A stretch of DNA of 64,000 nucleotides from Tubiluchus corallicola. Lineage: Eukaryota; Animalia; Priapulida. A model generated the notes under the pieces. It was not told where the DNA came from. It was given only the letters and a program-made list of their open reading frames with translations, and made no database searches. The translations under genes and the position numbers were made by a program. Each line of letters starts with the position of its first letter. Position 1 is the stretch's first letter. Positions 1 through 12,600 of the stretch are shown here, piece after piece. Where the stretch lies: positions 62,001 to 126,000 of the forward strand of contig JAQGDQ010000152.1 of the NCBI GenBank assembly GCA_030141605.1, given 5' to 3'.

Positions 1-215
1 TAATATATTTCTGTGAACTTTCTTAATTTGGAGTGTGCTAACCAGATGTGATATTACTTATGTTTAACTTTATACTGTTGTAACCGTTTTTTTATTTTAC
101 TTAATTAGTAAATGTTTCAAAATAATTTTATTTCTTTACATGTCAAAAACCAACAAGACAACATTGAAATGATTAGCATCTCATTGAAGTTTTTATTTTC
201 ATTATTCTCCACTAG

Positions 216-358
216 GTGGCAAAAGTAAATCGGTAGAATTGGAGGATGTGAAGTTTCATCAGTGCGTACGTCTGTCTCGGTTCGAGAACGATCGTACGAT
301 CTCTTTCATTCCACCGGATGGCGAATTTGAGCTGATGTCGTATCGACTGAACACTCAT
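216..358 (+). CDS. AP1M1: AP1M1 internal exon (GKSKSVELEDVKFHQC...SYRLNTH)
   Basis: actag acceptor ends at 215; gtaagt donor at 359. Confidence 0.95.
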
Positions 359-3300
359 GTAAGTGTCTCCATTTCCTGCTATCCTACTCAGATTCTGAAC
401 TTGTAACGTAATATGGCCATTGTAGTGACAAACTGAACCTATTTCCATAAGAAACCTGTTGACATTGCTTTTAAGTTATGCTGTTCATCTTGAAGCATGT
501 TTTGTTTTCTAAGCGGTTTATTTACTTGCATTATAACTCTTTGCTGTTTTTTGTTTTTGATAATCAATGTATGATCAATTCAAATCATTTTATTTAGCAT
601 GATGTATGGCCATTCAAATTGGAGGGGTGGTGAAGAACATATGTTCTTTCAGCCACTTCATCTCTGTTCTATTGCTAATCATTGCATTTTTGCACAAATC
701 TTGTTCAGATCTTAGCTTAAGTTCAGTTTAGTAAGCTTTGAACTGCATGTTCATAATTTTAAATGTGTGTTTTACATGTTTTAAATGTTGTGTATTGACT
801 GTATTTGGAGTAATCTTTATCAATCTTGTTTTACTTCTTGTTTTAAATGTTATGTATTGACTGTATTTGGAGTAATCTTTATCAATTTTGTTTTACTTCT
901 TGTTTTAAATGTTGTGTATTGACTGTATTTGGAGTGATCTTTATCATTCTTGTTTTACTTCTTGTTTTAAATGTTGTGTATTGACTGCATTTGGAGTAAT
1001 CTTTATCAATCTTGTTTTACTTCTTGTTTTAAATGTTGTGTATTGACTGTATTTGGAGTAATCTTTATCAATTTTGTTTTACTTCTTGTTCTTAATGCAG
1101 CTTTTGCTGCAATTTTATTGAGTAAACAATTGTGTAAATTATGAAAAGATTCACAATATGCAGTTTCGATCGCTTTGAATTTATAAATAGAATTTATGTG
1201 TGTTTTGACATTTTATGACTCTAATGCAATGAATTTGAATAAGGTAAGTATGAGTGTGATTTTGTTACTGAAGAAGAGGCTGACATACGTGATTTATAGC
1301 CGGCAGGATTGTGCAGCTAGTTAATCCATAGTTAACATAGGAGCTGTGCTTTGCAGCTGTTTGTTTTTGCACATTATTGACGAATAAAAAGATGGATGTG
1401 CGTTCACAGTACTATAGTGCGGCAGAGTTTCTCCGCGATTATTTAAGAAAGGAAAACTAGGAGGGTGGTTTCCAGTTAAAGGCGAGTGCTTTACATGATA
1501 ACAGCTTGGCTTCATTTACATTTCCTTGCAGGTGAAGCCATTGATATGGATCGAATCTGTGATAGAGAGGCACGCGCACAGTCGAGTTGAATACATGGTG
1601 AAAGTAAGTTGATTTGCTAGCTAAATTCTCAGCTTTTCATTAGCATTGTCATACCTTTTTTGAGTTTTAACGTTGTCTGTAAAAAGAGGGTTACAATAAT
1701 AGTTAGCTACTTTTACAATTAGCTAGTTTCAGTGAACATGAGATCATAGTAAATTAACGTGATCAACAAAGGCACAGTACAACAAAAAAATTAGTTAGTT
1801 TCATTTGCCTTTTATCCGTACCTAATGTAAATGGAAAATTTCTTTGTATGCAGTTAGTTGGTTTTCTTCCACGAAATGGTCTTGCCCTAAAATTGGTGAA
1901 TTCGGTGCATTTATTACCCTTTTATTTTATAGAACTTAGTCAAGTTGCCTCATCAATAACTAGCAAAACAAATGAACATCCTTTACTTTCCAGGCAAAAA
2001 GTCAGTTCAAACGGCGCTCAACAGCCAATAATGTCGAAATCGTCATTCCTGTTCCAATGGATGCGGACTCTCCGAAATTCAAGACGACGGTCGGCAGTGT
2101 TAAGTACGTGCCGGAACAGAACTCTGCTATTTGGACCATTAAATCATTTCCAGTAAGTATTATTTTTCCTACCTTCCTGCTGGTTTTTCGTGATTTCCAT
2201 AAAAAAAAGTGGACGATTAAATGCGGCTTTTTGGCTGTTTCTCTTACCATATTCACTCCGGCTACTGGATGAGTAACCCGACTTTTTGGAAGTTTCTTTT
2301 ACCATATTCACTCTGGTTATTTCTGCTGACTGAGGAAAGACGTGAACATGACTGAGACACCGTGCTAACTTGACTGACACACCGCGCAGATACGGCGGAG
2401 ACACCTTGCAGACACGGCCGAGACACCGTGCAGACACGGCCGAGACACCGAGCAGACGCGGCGGAGACACCACGCAGATACGGCGGAGACACCACGCAGA
2501 TACGGCGGACACTCCATACAGAGACACCGTGCAGACACGGCCAAGATACCGTGCAAACCTTTGCTGGCTCAATTTCTCATCTTAGAAAATTATTTATGGC
2601 AGTTGCCTAGATTTGGTCTGCTATTTTGTCTTCCGTGCAATTGGTGTTACTGTCGTTTGCTCAAACTATTCGTTGCTGGTTTAAATTTTGAATTAATGAA
2701 ACTTTTTGGGTTTTTTGCCATTTTATATAGCAGTCTTGAAGACAAGTCTGTAATGCTTAGGATCAGTTTGTTTTCAAATCTGTTATTTTGAAATAAAATT
2801 GAACCGAAGAGTTTTTGTCTGTGTTGCTACAGGGTGGAAAGGAATATTTGATGCGGGCTCACTTCGGACTGCCGAGTGTCGTAGCAGAGGATGCTGAAGG
2901 AAAACCGCCCATCCACGTGAAATTTGAGATTCCGTATTTCACTACGTCAGGCATACAGGTATTAAATTTTACATTTTTGTCGTAGACTCTGGAACTAACA
3001 ATTTAAATAGGCAGAGACAGGTTCTGGTTGTGATATGTCATGTATCTGTATCAAAGCTAATATACAAGTTTTTAATGGGTATATGCAACTTCACCAAGGA
3101 ATTTCAAAGCAATTCTGCCGAAGTACTGGAAAATTATGTACTTTAGTTTATTTATCTTTGTTTATTTATGATATAAATCGTTGACAATTCAAAGTTAAAA
3201 AATAACATGTCGGCTTTTAAGACAATGTATTTGTGATTTTATACAATTTTGCAAAAGTAGTAGTAAATGCTAACATGCCACAGATATTTTGGTGCACTAT

Positions 3301-3643
3301 TCAAAATATTGATTTCTCCTGGGGCGACAGGTGCTTTATGAACATGGCACACAATTTTATCAGACAACAGAGGTCGGATGACTAAAATTGACAGTGTGTC
3401 AAATCTGTGCACACAAAAAACTCCTCGCAGATTTTATAACATGCAATTTCATTCAGGACAAAGTCTGGCACACATTTCTTGCAGGTGTGAGGCTGTTAAG
3501 GATAAATTGTATTTAAAAATGGTTACTTATTTCACTAATTCCAGGTGCGTTATCTGAAAATTATCGAGAAGAGTGGGTACCAAGCGTTGCCATGGGTACG
3601 CTACATCACTCAAAATGGTGACTACCAGCTTCGGACACAGTAG
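216..3643 (+). CDS. AP1M1: AP-1 adaptor complex medium (mu-1) subunit, 3' part; gene starts upstream of the window. Exons 216-358, 1532-1603, 1994-2152, 2833-2958, 3545-3643
   Basis: Spliced translation GKSKSVELEDVKFHQCVRLSRFENDRTISFIPPDGEFELMSYRLNTH/VKPLIWIESVIERHAHSRVEYMVK/AKSQFKRRSTANNVEI...WTIKSFP/GGKEYLMRAHFGLPSV...FEIPYFTTSGIQ/VRYLKIIEKSGYQALPWVRYITQNGDYQLRTQ* is the mu1-adaptin C-terminal domain; AG/GT at every junction, frame continuous. Confidence 0.97.
779..1090. repeat. 62-bp tandem repeat, 5 copies, in an AP1M1 intron
   Basis: ttaaatgttgtgtattgactgtatttggagtaatctttatcaat... recurs at 781, 843, 905, 967, 1029. Confidence 0.95.
1532..1603 (+). CDS. AP1M1: AP1M1 internal exon (VKPLIWIESVIERHAHSRVEYMVK)
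   Basis: ttgcag acceptor, gtaagt donor, 72 nt. Confidence 0.95.
1994..2152 (+). CDS. AP1M1: AP1M1 internal exon (AKSQFKRRSTANNVEI...WTIKSFP)
   Basis: ttccag acceptor, gtaagt donor, 159 nt. Confidence 0.95.
2354..2557. repeat. GC/CpG-rich 22-bp minisatellite (GAGACACCGTGCAGACACGGCC), about 9 copies
   Basis: Direct inspection; explains the overlapping repetitive ORFs at 2144-2610. Confidence 0.9.
2833..2958 (+). CDS. AP1M1: AP1M1 internal exon (GGKEYLMRAHFGLPS...TTSGIQ)
   Basis: ctacag acceptor, gtatta donor, 126 nt. Confidence 0.95.
3545..3643 (+). CDS. AP1M1: AP1M1 last coding exon (VRYLKIIEKSGYQALPWVRYITQNGDYQLRTQ*)
   Basis: ttccag acceptor; TAG at 3641-3643 immediately followed by TAA. 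Confidence 0.95.
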   Translation: MRYLKIIEKSGYQALPWVRYITQNGDYQLRTQ

Positions 3644-6269
3644 TAACCTTCGGACTAATTTACTGATCCTGGCAGTGAATGACTAAAGACATGACAGTTG
3701 GCCCACACATGGTGTAAATAATCATATATCAGGCAATTGTTGCTAAATCAGTTTCCCTCGGATGACTAATATTTGTTAGCTACGTATTTAAGTTTTAATT
3801 ATAAAATACGAAATATTTAAAATTATTGTTAACACATGTGATTAACTACAGAGCCAGAGTTTCACACTGTTTGTATCACGAATTTAGAGTGATACATCGT
3901 CACATTTATACCTGTTCGTATCTCAAGTTTAAAGTGATATAGCTGAACTTGTAACACACCTGTTTCTACGGACTTTGTAGCACATTTATAAGCTCGTTAA
4001 TAATTGACCTGGATCCATTTTTTTCCACATTTTTCGGAGTGGAATTTTGTTTGGGGCCGATAACGATAAATTAAGATAAGAACAACAGAAGTAATGTATT
4101 GTGCAAGTGTAACAGGTCATTTTCATGTCTGACCAGTGCCCAGAGGTTTATATGATGCACCTGCCCAGAGAGAAATTTTGGGGCAAATAATGGGCACAAT
4201 TTTGTAGTACAAATTATGGCCCGTTGTTAGGCAAACAATGAACTCCATGTTCTTAGGCAAAAGCTGCATTCTACTGTTAGATAGAAATAGCCTTTGAGGT
4301 AGACATTTGTGAATTATTGATCGATATGCAAGTCTAGCGATCTCTGTCCGCGTACGCATCGAATTTAAATGTGTACGTTTGACCCTAAACTAAATAACAC
4401 ACTCTCAGAGACTGACTTATCTGACCCGCTTTTCTCATCTTATTTAACATTACAAAAATAATGGTGAATTAGCACTTTTAATTCTATCTACTTCTGAGAG
4501 GTGCATTTGTTGAGTTAAAAAAGCTTGAAAATACAGATTTTCATGGTTGACCCTGACGATGTGAGCACAGTACACTTGATAAAGTTCTCAAAAAAATGTA
4601 TTTAAAACAAAAGCATCTTAGCTTTGCAATAAACTGAAAGCTGTTCTTTTTAAATCTCTCTAATGTTTGTCTTTTATTTTTGTTCAAATGGCTGCTTGAG
4701 TAGCAAAAGCAAGGTCTTTATTACTTTCAAATGTCTTACAATGTACTGCATATTGAATTTGATGAACAGCATAGTTTGTGAATGCTGTACCAGCAGAGAT
4801 GTATTTTCTAAACTGATAAATTCTCATTGATAAGGCTCAAAAAGGTTTGTTGGTTACGATTCAGTATCATTGTCAGTACTTGTTTTGGGGGAAAGCGGCA
4901 GAGCTGATATTGTCTCTTGAAGCGAACAATATCGCCAAATTACAAATCTTTTACAGTTGAAAGAATTCACTAAAAAGGAAGTGTTTTTACATCGGCCATT
5001 CATGCAGTGCCAAGACATATTCATTAACTAGTCACTCGAAAAGTAATACGTGGTTTTGGTGACGTTACTTACCAAACGTCTCCGCAACTGCTAGTACTTT
5101 AGTAAGTGCTATTAAAGAATAGAGTAATGTCACGAGTAGAACTTCTACGATGTTTAAACGTTTGTGGAATTGTTGTTTGATGAAATTGTTTCAGCAAAAC
5201 TTGTGTTCATCATTTTCCGCACAATTTCAATGCAGTTTATATAACTGAAGAAGCAGATATCAATCAAAGCTATAAGATATAGTAAAATACACAAGATCAT
5301 GTGTGTTTAAAAAGTTTATTTACATCAACAATTTACCAACAATACTACAAAACTGATTACTGATTATGTAGGTGGGTCTAATAAGCACCTGTTCCACACG
5401 GTGTGCGTGTGTGTAAGTATCCTAGGACCCTGTCCGTTATGAAGAACTTAAGTTGCGCCTACGGCCAATTTCCCACAAAAATGGCTGCCCGAAAGCACAT
5501 AATTACGGTAGGTAAGACGCATTACCCTGAGCTACATAATTACATTCTAATGATTAAAGCAGTAGATTTGCAGTTAGTTGGGCAATAGCGACAACCTTTA
5601 ACAGAATAATAAATAACTGAAAGGACAAATGCAGCAATCATGACATTTACTGTAATAGATAACACCAGAGCCCCCCTTGGCATGTCCCTGCACCGGTGGC
5701 AAATGATCGGACTACTGTTTCACAATATCCAGGATGACAATTAGTAACTAAACTAGCCAATAAAATGGCCGTCACAAGACATCCGGTAAAACCTCAAGAA
5801 ATCTTACGGTAACGGCCACAATAACTAAAAATTATTACGAATAATGCAAATAACCTGTAATTTATTAATATAAAATTCTATTCCTTCACTGTTCTATTTA
5901 TTAAAATGTTCTAAATGAAACCATAAAGTTTGAAGGTGATCACTAAGCGGCATTTGAGTGCGGAGTTGCTTTAGTTTGTCACGGACCATTTCAAGAGAAG
6001 CCATTTAATGCTACAAGCTCTCCCGCCAATGTATCAATTACGAACTAGTTAAAGCCTGTGGTCACTGCAACTTGTTTTGAAATGTTGACAAATGAACTAA
6101 ATATTTTGAGAATTGAGAGCTGTCAGTTTGATATTAGTTCAGTAATTTATCATTAAGCCTATTTGAAGTTCAAGACAACTGCATTACTTTCTTATGGAAC
6201 TGAATCCACTGGGCACAAGATTACTGAAGTTAGTACAAGCAGCTTTGTTAGCTGGATCTTTATCACCAT

Positions 6270-6621
6270 CAGTGGCGTATCTAATAGGGGAAGCAAGCAA
6301 CCACTTCACCACCAAGCACATTTTTCAAAATTTGTGCCTTTTCACAATGCTTCATTTTGCTTTCATTTTACGTTTAAAATGAAAATAACACAGATGTTTT
6401 TATTACGTTTTGAGATTTATGAGCTTGCTATAAAACTTTTTATTGTGTCTCAGTGTTAAACACAAAATAACAATTGTACTTTTTATCTTCCTCGTGTTTT
6501 GATTTAAACACAAAATTAAAATGTACAGTCTGTGCATTAAAAATTGTTTGGTATGTGTCACAGTACCATGTTTTTTGTACTTGCTCCCCCTCCCTAAATT
6601 TAGAAATTGGCTATGTCCCTG
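6270..6621. mobile_element. Degraded hAT-like MITE (CAGKGGCGTAKC-type termini)
   Basis: Left cagtggcgtatct; right ggctatgtccctg; eroded 8-bp TSD atcaccat/gtcactac; internal gcacatttttcaaaa..gtgcctttt shared with the copy at ~56809. Confidence 0.6.
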
Positions 6622-7445
6622 GTCACTACAGAGATTGCACATCTAACATGTAATAGCCGAGCAAGTGCTTTCTACTAGTGCAACATAAAAAAATCCTCAT
6701 AACAGCTGTACATGCTACCTTTGTTTCATACAACGAAACTATGTTTTCAACTGATAGGTTGAAATGCGCGATGGTTTATCTTCCGCATTGACAACAGATG
6801 TCGCCACATTTTACAGAATACTTCCATCACTTTTGGCAGTGTAATCGATAAGAATTAACATTAAACTAAAATAAGCTAAAGTGATTTCAAAGTATAAGCT
6901 GCTGCAACACTTAACAGATATTAATGAAATTTAATGCTGAATCCTGGCTGTCGAATTCTTACATCACCAGTCTACAGCATACCATTATAACTTTTAGATG
7001 GGCTAACAGTCAGCGAAATTAGTTCGAACGTGATGATTTTTTTTTACATTATAATCTCATAACACTTGAGCACAAAGTACCGATCAATTATAACCTATTT
7101 AATTTTTTCTACAAAAGAAATGTACACTTTCGATATAATGGCAAGATATGGGCAAAATTTAAAATTTAAACAGCACAAAACATCTTTTCTGTTGTTGCTG
7201 TTTTTAACACCACAAAATAAAAATAAAATAAAACTGCTTAAATAACGATGTACTTTTCTAGGAGATTGTTCTACAACAATTATATAAAAACTGAAAAACT
7301 AGAGTACAGCAACACTGTTACATCCGCGTTGTCAAAATATATATTATTTTACAGTACATCTGTTACACTGTAATGCCATGGCACATGCACGCTCACATAC
7401 ATAAACTCTCACAAAGTACAAAATATCAAAAAAAGACTACAAAAC

Positions 7446-7685
7446 TCATGAGGTCCTCGATGGTAGAAGTTCTCGTAGCCCGTCCTTCTGAGCTTGCGTC
7501 AGATTGTCGGGGAACTTGATGTCGAAGTTGACGATGAGGTCGCCCCTCTTGTGTGACTCCTTCGCTTGTGGAAGACCCCGGTTCTGGATTCGCTTGATGG
7601 TATTGGGTTTGATGACGTCTGTTAGATGAAGCTGCAATTTTCGCCCTTCCAGCGTCGGTATCTGTATTGTTGTTCCTGTTAAGGC
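7446..7685 (-). CDS. DNAJB4: DNAJB last coding exon ([14 protein letters not shown]...[10 protein letters not shown])
   Basis: Minus-strand polypyrimidine+CAG acceptor ending at 7686; 240 nt including the stop. Confidence 0.95.
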   Translation of the reverse strand, partial: ALTGTTIQIPTLEGRKLQLHLTDVIKPNTIKRIQNRGLPQAKESHKRGDLIVNFDIKFPDNLTQAQKDGLRELLPSRTS

Positions 7686-9562
7686 CTGGAAAGAAATGAA
7701 ATTTTTTAATTCTAGTTTTGCATTATACAAGGTGCCTTGTACATTGTACAAACAAAATTGCCGTTTAACCTAAGAAAAATTCATTCCCAAAGACGGACTA
7801 GACACAATCTTTTTGGACACACTGTAATCAAGGCTGAAGAAAACAGTGGACTGGCCACAGTATGGGTTTAGCAACTGGGGTGCTAAAGTGAAGTACCGCC
7901 ACACCTGATCTGGATGGGTGACCAACAAGATAACTGCTTTCCACTTGGGTTCCTCATGCTATAGAGCCTACACAGGTATTTTTTCACTGATGGAGTTAAG
8001 TGTACGCATCTAAATGTGGTTATTATACCTCTGTCTACTGGGTGTCTACAAGAACAACATTGATTAACTGGAACAAGGTTCAAAACATTATGACAGGCTA
8101 TATCAGATGGGTCCTGTTGGCAAGTTAGAAGCCGGGTTGCAGAGTGAACAACTGTACAGAAGAAATACACCACACCAGAAACGAGCGAGATCTACAAATG
8201 TCTGAGTGTTATAATGTGTGTTGTCCAGTTACAATTGCATGTACTACCTGTACGTACAAAAAAGTGTTGGAACGGACCATATGCGGGAAACTTATTGTGA
8301 CTAACGAGCCACGATTAATTTGCAAGACCCACAGTAGTGTCAGACCTCAATCAGTGGAACGTACGCAAATAACTAACTGTTATGCATGTACATCAGAAGC
8401 ACATTTTATTCTGTAAAAATAAAAGAGAGTTCTCAAGTCGGTCAAGATCGACAAGTTCAGGCAGTCGCCCCCTCTTCTACTAGCTGAAATTTTCGTAATT
8501 GGCCAGCCATAATATCAAACCTGTATCTGTTTAGTCCATACGATCAACACCTGCCTTTCATAACCTGCCAAGCATAATATCGAACCTGTACCAGTGCAGT
8601 CCATGCAAGCAGCACATACTGAGCATAGACCCACTTGACGTCGCCCTCAAGAAGAGTGGACTGGATAATTTTTTATATGATTTTTCGTGCACGAAAGAAT
8701 TTCGTACATATGCGTAACGCAGGGAAAACGTTAACCCTGATTCTCCGTATTTTAGTAATCAGATTTACCCACTGGTGAGAACAGGTTTTGAAACAGTTTT
8801 ACAATGGCACAGCCATAGCCTAAAGGCTTTGCAAGTTTCGTGCAAGCTAAATTCTCCCAACAGCAGCTTTCTCATAAAACAATGCTTTCTTTGAAATGGT
8901 AGCCTTGAAATGCAATGTTCAAAATTAGAACAAACACTCACTCTTAACAATGTCATTTGCACGAAGAACAATGGCCTTAAAAATTCGAGTAAAATAAACA
9001 CGAGGGTGGTGTTGAAAGTGCTCAGTTGAACGTCAGTTTCACTTCATCAAATGTAATTTTTCTACATATTTTGATAATAAAAACGTAAATAAACAGATAT
9101 ATAAATACTATATATATATATGCGTGTGTGTGTGTGTGCGTGTACTATATATTAAAGTAACATACGGGTAATAATAATCGGAGCCATTTGGAAACAAGTA
9201 TTGGATAACTAAGGTATTACCCTGGACTATGTCCTGAGCGAAATTTATCTATATATTAATATTCTTGGTATATATATATATATATATAAAATTCGAGGCT
9301 ACAGCTTCGACGACGGAACCGTTTGCGCCGATCTATACATCAAACGAAAGGTCTCGATCTAGTATCGTGCCATTGATGGTTTATTTTTCGAATCGGGCCC
9401 ACCGGGAGGAAGGGGGGCGGCGAAAATCCTCCAAAAATGGCCATTTTTCGGCCGTTTTTTGCAAAACTTATACCTCTTATTTCTGAAGAACGGGAATGGG
9501 CCGAGGGTGGTGCTGGCCCATGGATAGCTATGGATAGAGAGCCTGTTCAGCGGTGGGTGTAA

Positions 9563-9620
<58 letters not shown>

Positions 9621-12600
9621 TACATATAAATGAGAAACATCACATTCATAACTCTAGTGCCCCAAGAGAAGAAATTACCAAGACTAGAACTAACTCACTG
9701 ATAACCCAGTTGTAGCAAGAAGCCAGAGCAAGACTAGAGGCTTCCCTGGTGCGTGGCTTCTTTGATGCTCTAGTCTGAGAGCTCTGACACCGATGTTGAA
9801 AAGCATGATAATTAACTACAGCTGCCAGTGACATAAACTAGCGTTTCTTATCATCATGTAAATACTTGTCTACAACATACTGGTACATCCAGGTTAAGAT
9901 TACAGTGATTACTATGCAAGCTGGATTGGCTAGGAAAACTAGGGCAACCAGGACGACCTTGAAAATTCACGTGGAGACAGAAAAGTTCTTTAATTTCGAT
10001 TAACACCAAATTGCAGTTCATGCAATCAAATGAAATAATGCAATAAGTAAACAATAGTTACAAACGTATAAACAAATAGTTACAAACAATTGCTACAAAT
10101 ATATACTATTAAAGAAGTAAAAAACTGCATCTAATACACAGCATGGCAAGGACTAGGACTAAAACTTCTTTATGTCAAATAAACAAATGTGATTTTCCAT
10201 TTAAAATATGATTCCTGTGCTTAAATGACAAAAAAGAGGTGTCTGAAGCTGGTTTCAGAAAAATTACCTTAAAAAATTGTATTACTTTATAGCAATTTTA
10301 TGCGTATATCGTACTAGCGTTGAAAGGATTTCTTGTTTGTTTTCATTTTAAATCTCCCGCAATAATGTTGCGACCGCGCAATTACATGACGTCATACACG
10401 CACAACGTAAATCAGGGGAAGAAAAGGAAATGTTAAATTACGCCCCAAAAAACTTGCCATGCAAAATTACATTACTTTGCATTTCGCTTACCTGTCTGAA
10501 AGACGCATGAAACTAGAAAAGGAAATTATTAATTATTTAAAATGCTTTCACCAATTGATAAAATGTCGCTGACTCACCATCCAGTGCGCACAACTCATTA
10601 ACCAAAAATGTATTTTTAATTTTATTGACAAGATACAATAATTTTATATTTTATTTAGTTGGTGACATGTGCGCTAGAAATTCTCTGATTATTTTTTCAA
10701 AGTTTGCACAATGTAATTTTAGCTTGTTTCAAATGACATATCGTCAAAATGGCTACGTCTAACGGTCATCGCAGGAGTTTATATGTTTTATACAAAGTTA
10801 TTGCCGATGGAGGTCTAATATGCAAAAAGGCAGAACGTAAGTGATATAAAATTTCAAGACGAATTTTTCAAACTTTAAGTTGGTGGAGGGTTTTCTTGCG
10901 CTTTAACAAAGTTTTTGACACCATGGGACTAATTTATAATATCAGTTGAAATGGATTAACTTTACAACAACTTTAGTATGTGGGGTATAACGTATGGGTC
11001 ACAAATTAATTATATGTATTTCCTTTGCTTAACCAGAGCTATCTTTTCATGCACAAAGTATGTACTTTTCTCACAGCATTCTGAAATTTTGTCATTAAGG
11101 TGCTGACACAACTAAACCCGGTCGATGATAGCAGCAAAATACTTGAAACCAGTGTCTCACAAAGGCAAAGACAAATATCAGCACTAACGACTATTTAGGG
11201 ATTTACATTTACAAAAATACAGGTAAAGACACTGGTAAACACAGACCACTTGGCCACCCAACCCAGGACGTCGTGTTCTCGCGGCAGGGGAAAGTTGGTG
11301 AGCAAATGTTCTTGACGTACCCCCTCCCAGCAAAAAAGCCGACGAAAAATCAGTGACCAAATTTAGCGAATTTTGTTGAAAGGCACGAGTTAGTTCACCA
11401 AAGTCAAATGTGTGTCGGAAGTTTGTCAAGGAACTACTGTAGACTCTGACGAGCATCACCGCAGTCTCACACCACCAATAAACACCCTCCCATAAATAGT
11501 TCACAACTTCACAGACACGAGAAGTTTGTTGCCAGCTCGCATCTGCTAACTGGCTTCTTCTGAACAGTATGACGTCATCAGCGGGGCTTCTCTGGTTGCT
11601 TTATGCGTCGGGTAGAATAAACTTGCGTTTTTTTGTAAGGCGCGAGTGTTTCGTAAACAAGATTTTGCTAGTTAAAACATGGACATTGTAGGCAGTTCAG
11701 AGTTTTGTTATGAAATGAATGTTGGGTTAATGTAGAGAGCTGCTGCAACCGCTTCATAGCTTAACTTACATTTGTGAAAAGATTAGTGCATCGTCAATAA
11801 AACTTCAACAATCCTTGCACAAAAATTACAAGTGGTTGGGTTACACTAACCAAACAAAAATTCTAGACGTTTTCTTGTCGTTTTTGCAGCTCAAAAACGC
11901 AGCTGTAAAAGACAAACAAGCAAATTAAAAGAGAAAGTGATTCGGAGGTCACAGGTATTCAGATGAGAAGGGAAAACGACTAAAAACAGCTTTGACGCCG
12001 TATAACCTTGACAGCATACTTCACAACTCTCGCTGCCAGGCTCTGGGCTGCTGCAAACATACTGCATATGGATGCTAACACTATTGTATGACATGTAAAA
12101 GTAAACGTCGTAAGCAATGTTCAGCAACGGCAGCAAACTTCACAACTCTTGCTGCCAGGCACTGGGCTATTGCGCTGCATTCATCGTGCTGCAGACACAC
12201 AGCATAGATGTTAAATACTGCAAGACATGTAAATGTAAACAACACAATGCCTGTTCATTTGCAAGGCTCTAACTTTTTTGATTTTGCTAGTTACTTGTTG
12301 TCTGATCTTGCACGGCGACCAGGTTCGAATGCTGTAGAGACCTAGGAAGAGACGTACTTCGTTCTTCAAATATGCTCTACCAAATTCAAGAAGTTAAATA
12401 AACCTGTGACCGGTGCCAAGGTCGTTTTTTATTAGTGTCCGTATAACGTGATTGTTGCATTTTTTAAGCATTGATATTTCTGCATAAGCTGCAGTAAAAT
12501 TCCTGGGGACCCTGTTGCAGATTTACGTGTGTTATTTTATTGTATCGTATTTATTTTATTCAAATAAATGTTTAACCAAAACGTTTGTTCAGGTCACACC

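Noticed and set aside
2144-2610. Several overlapping ORFs of 60-142 aa
   Set aside because: Products of the 22-bp minisatellite inside an AP1M1 intron
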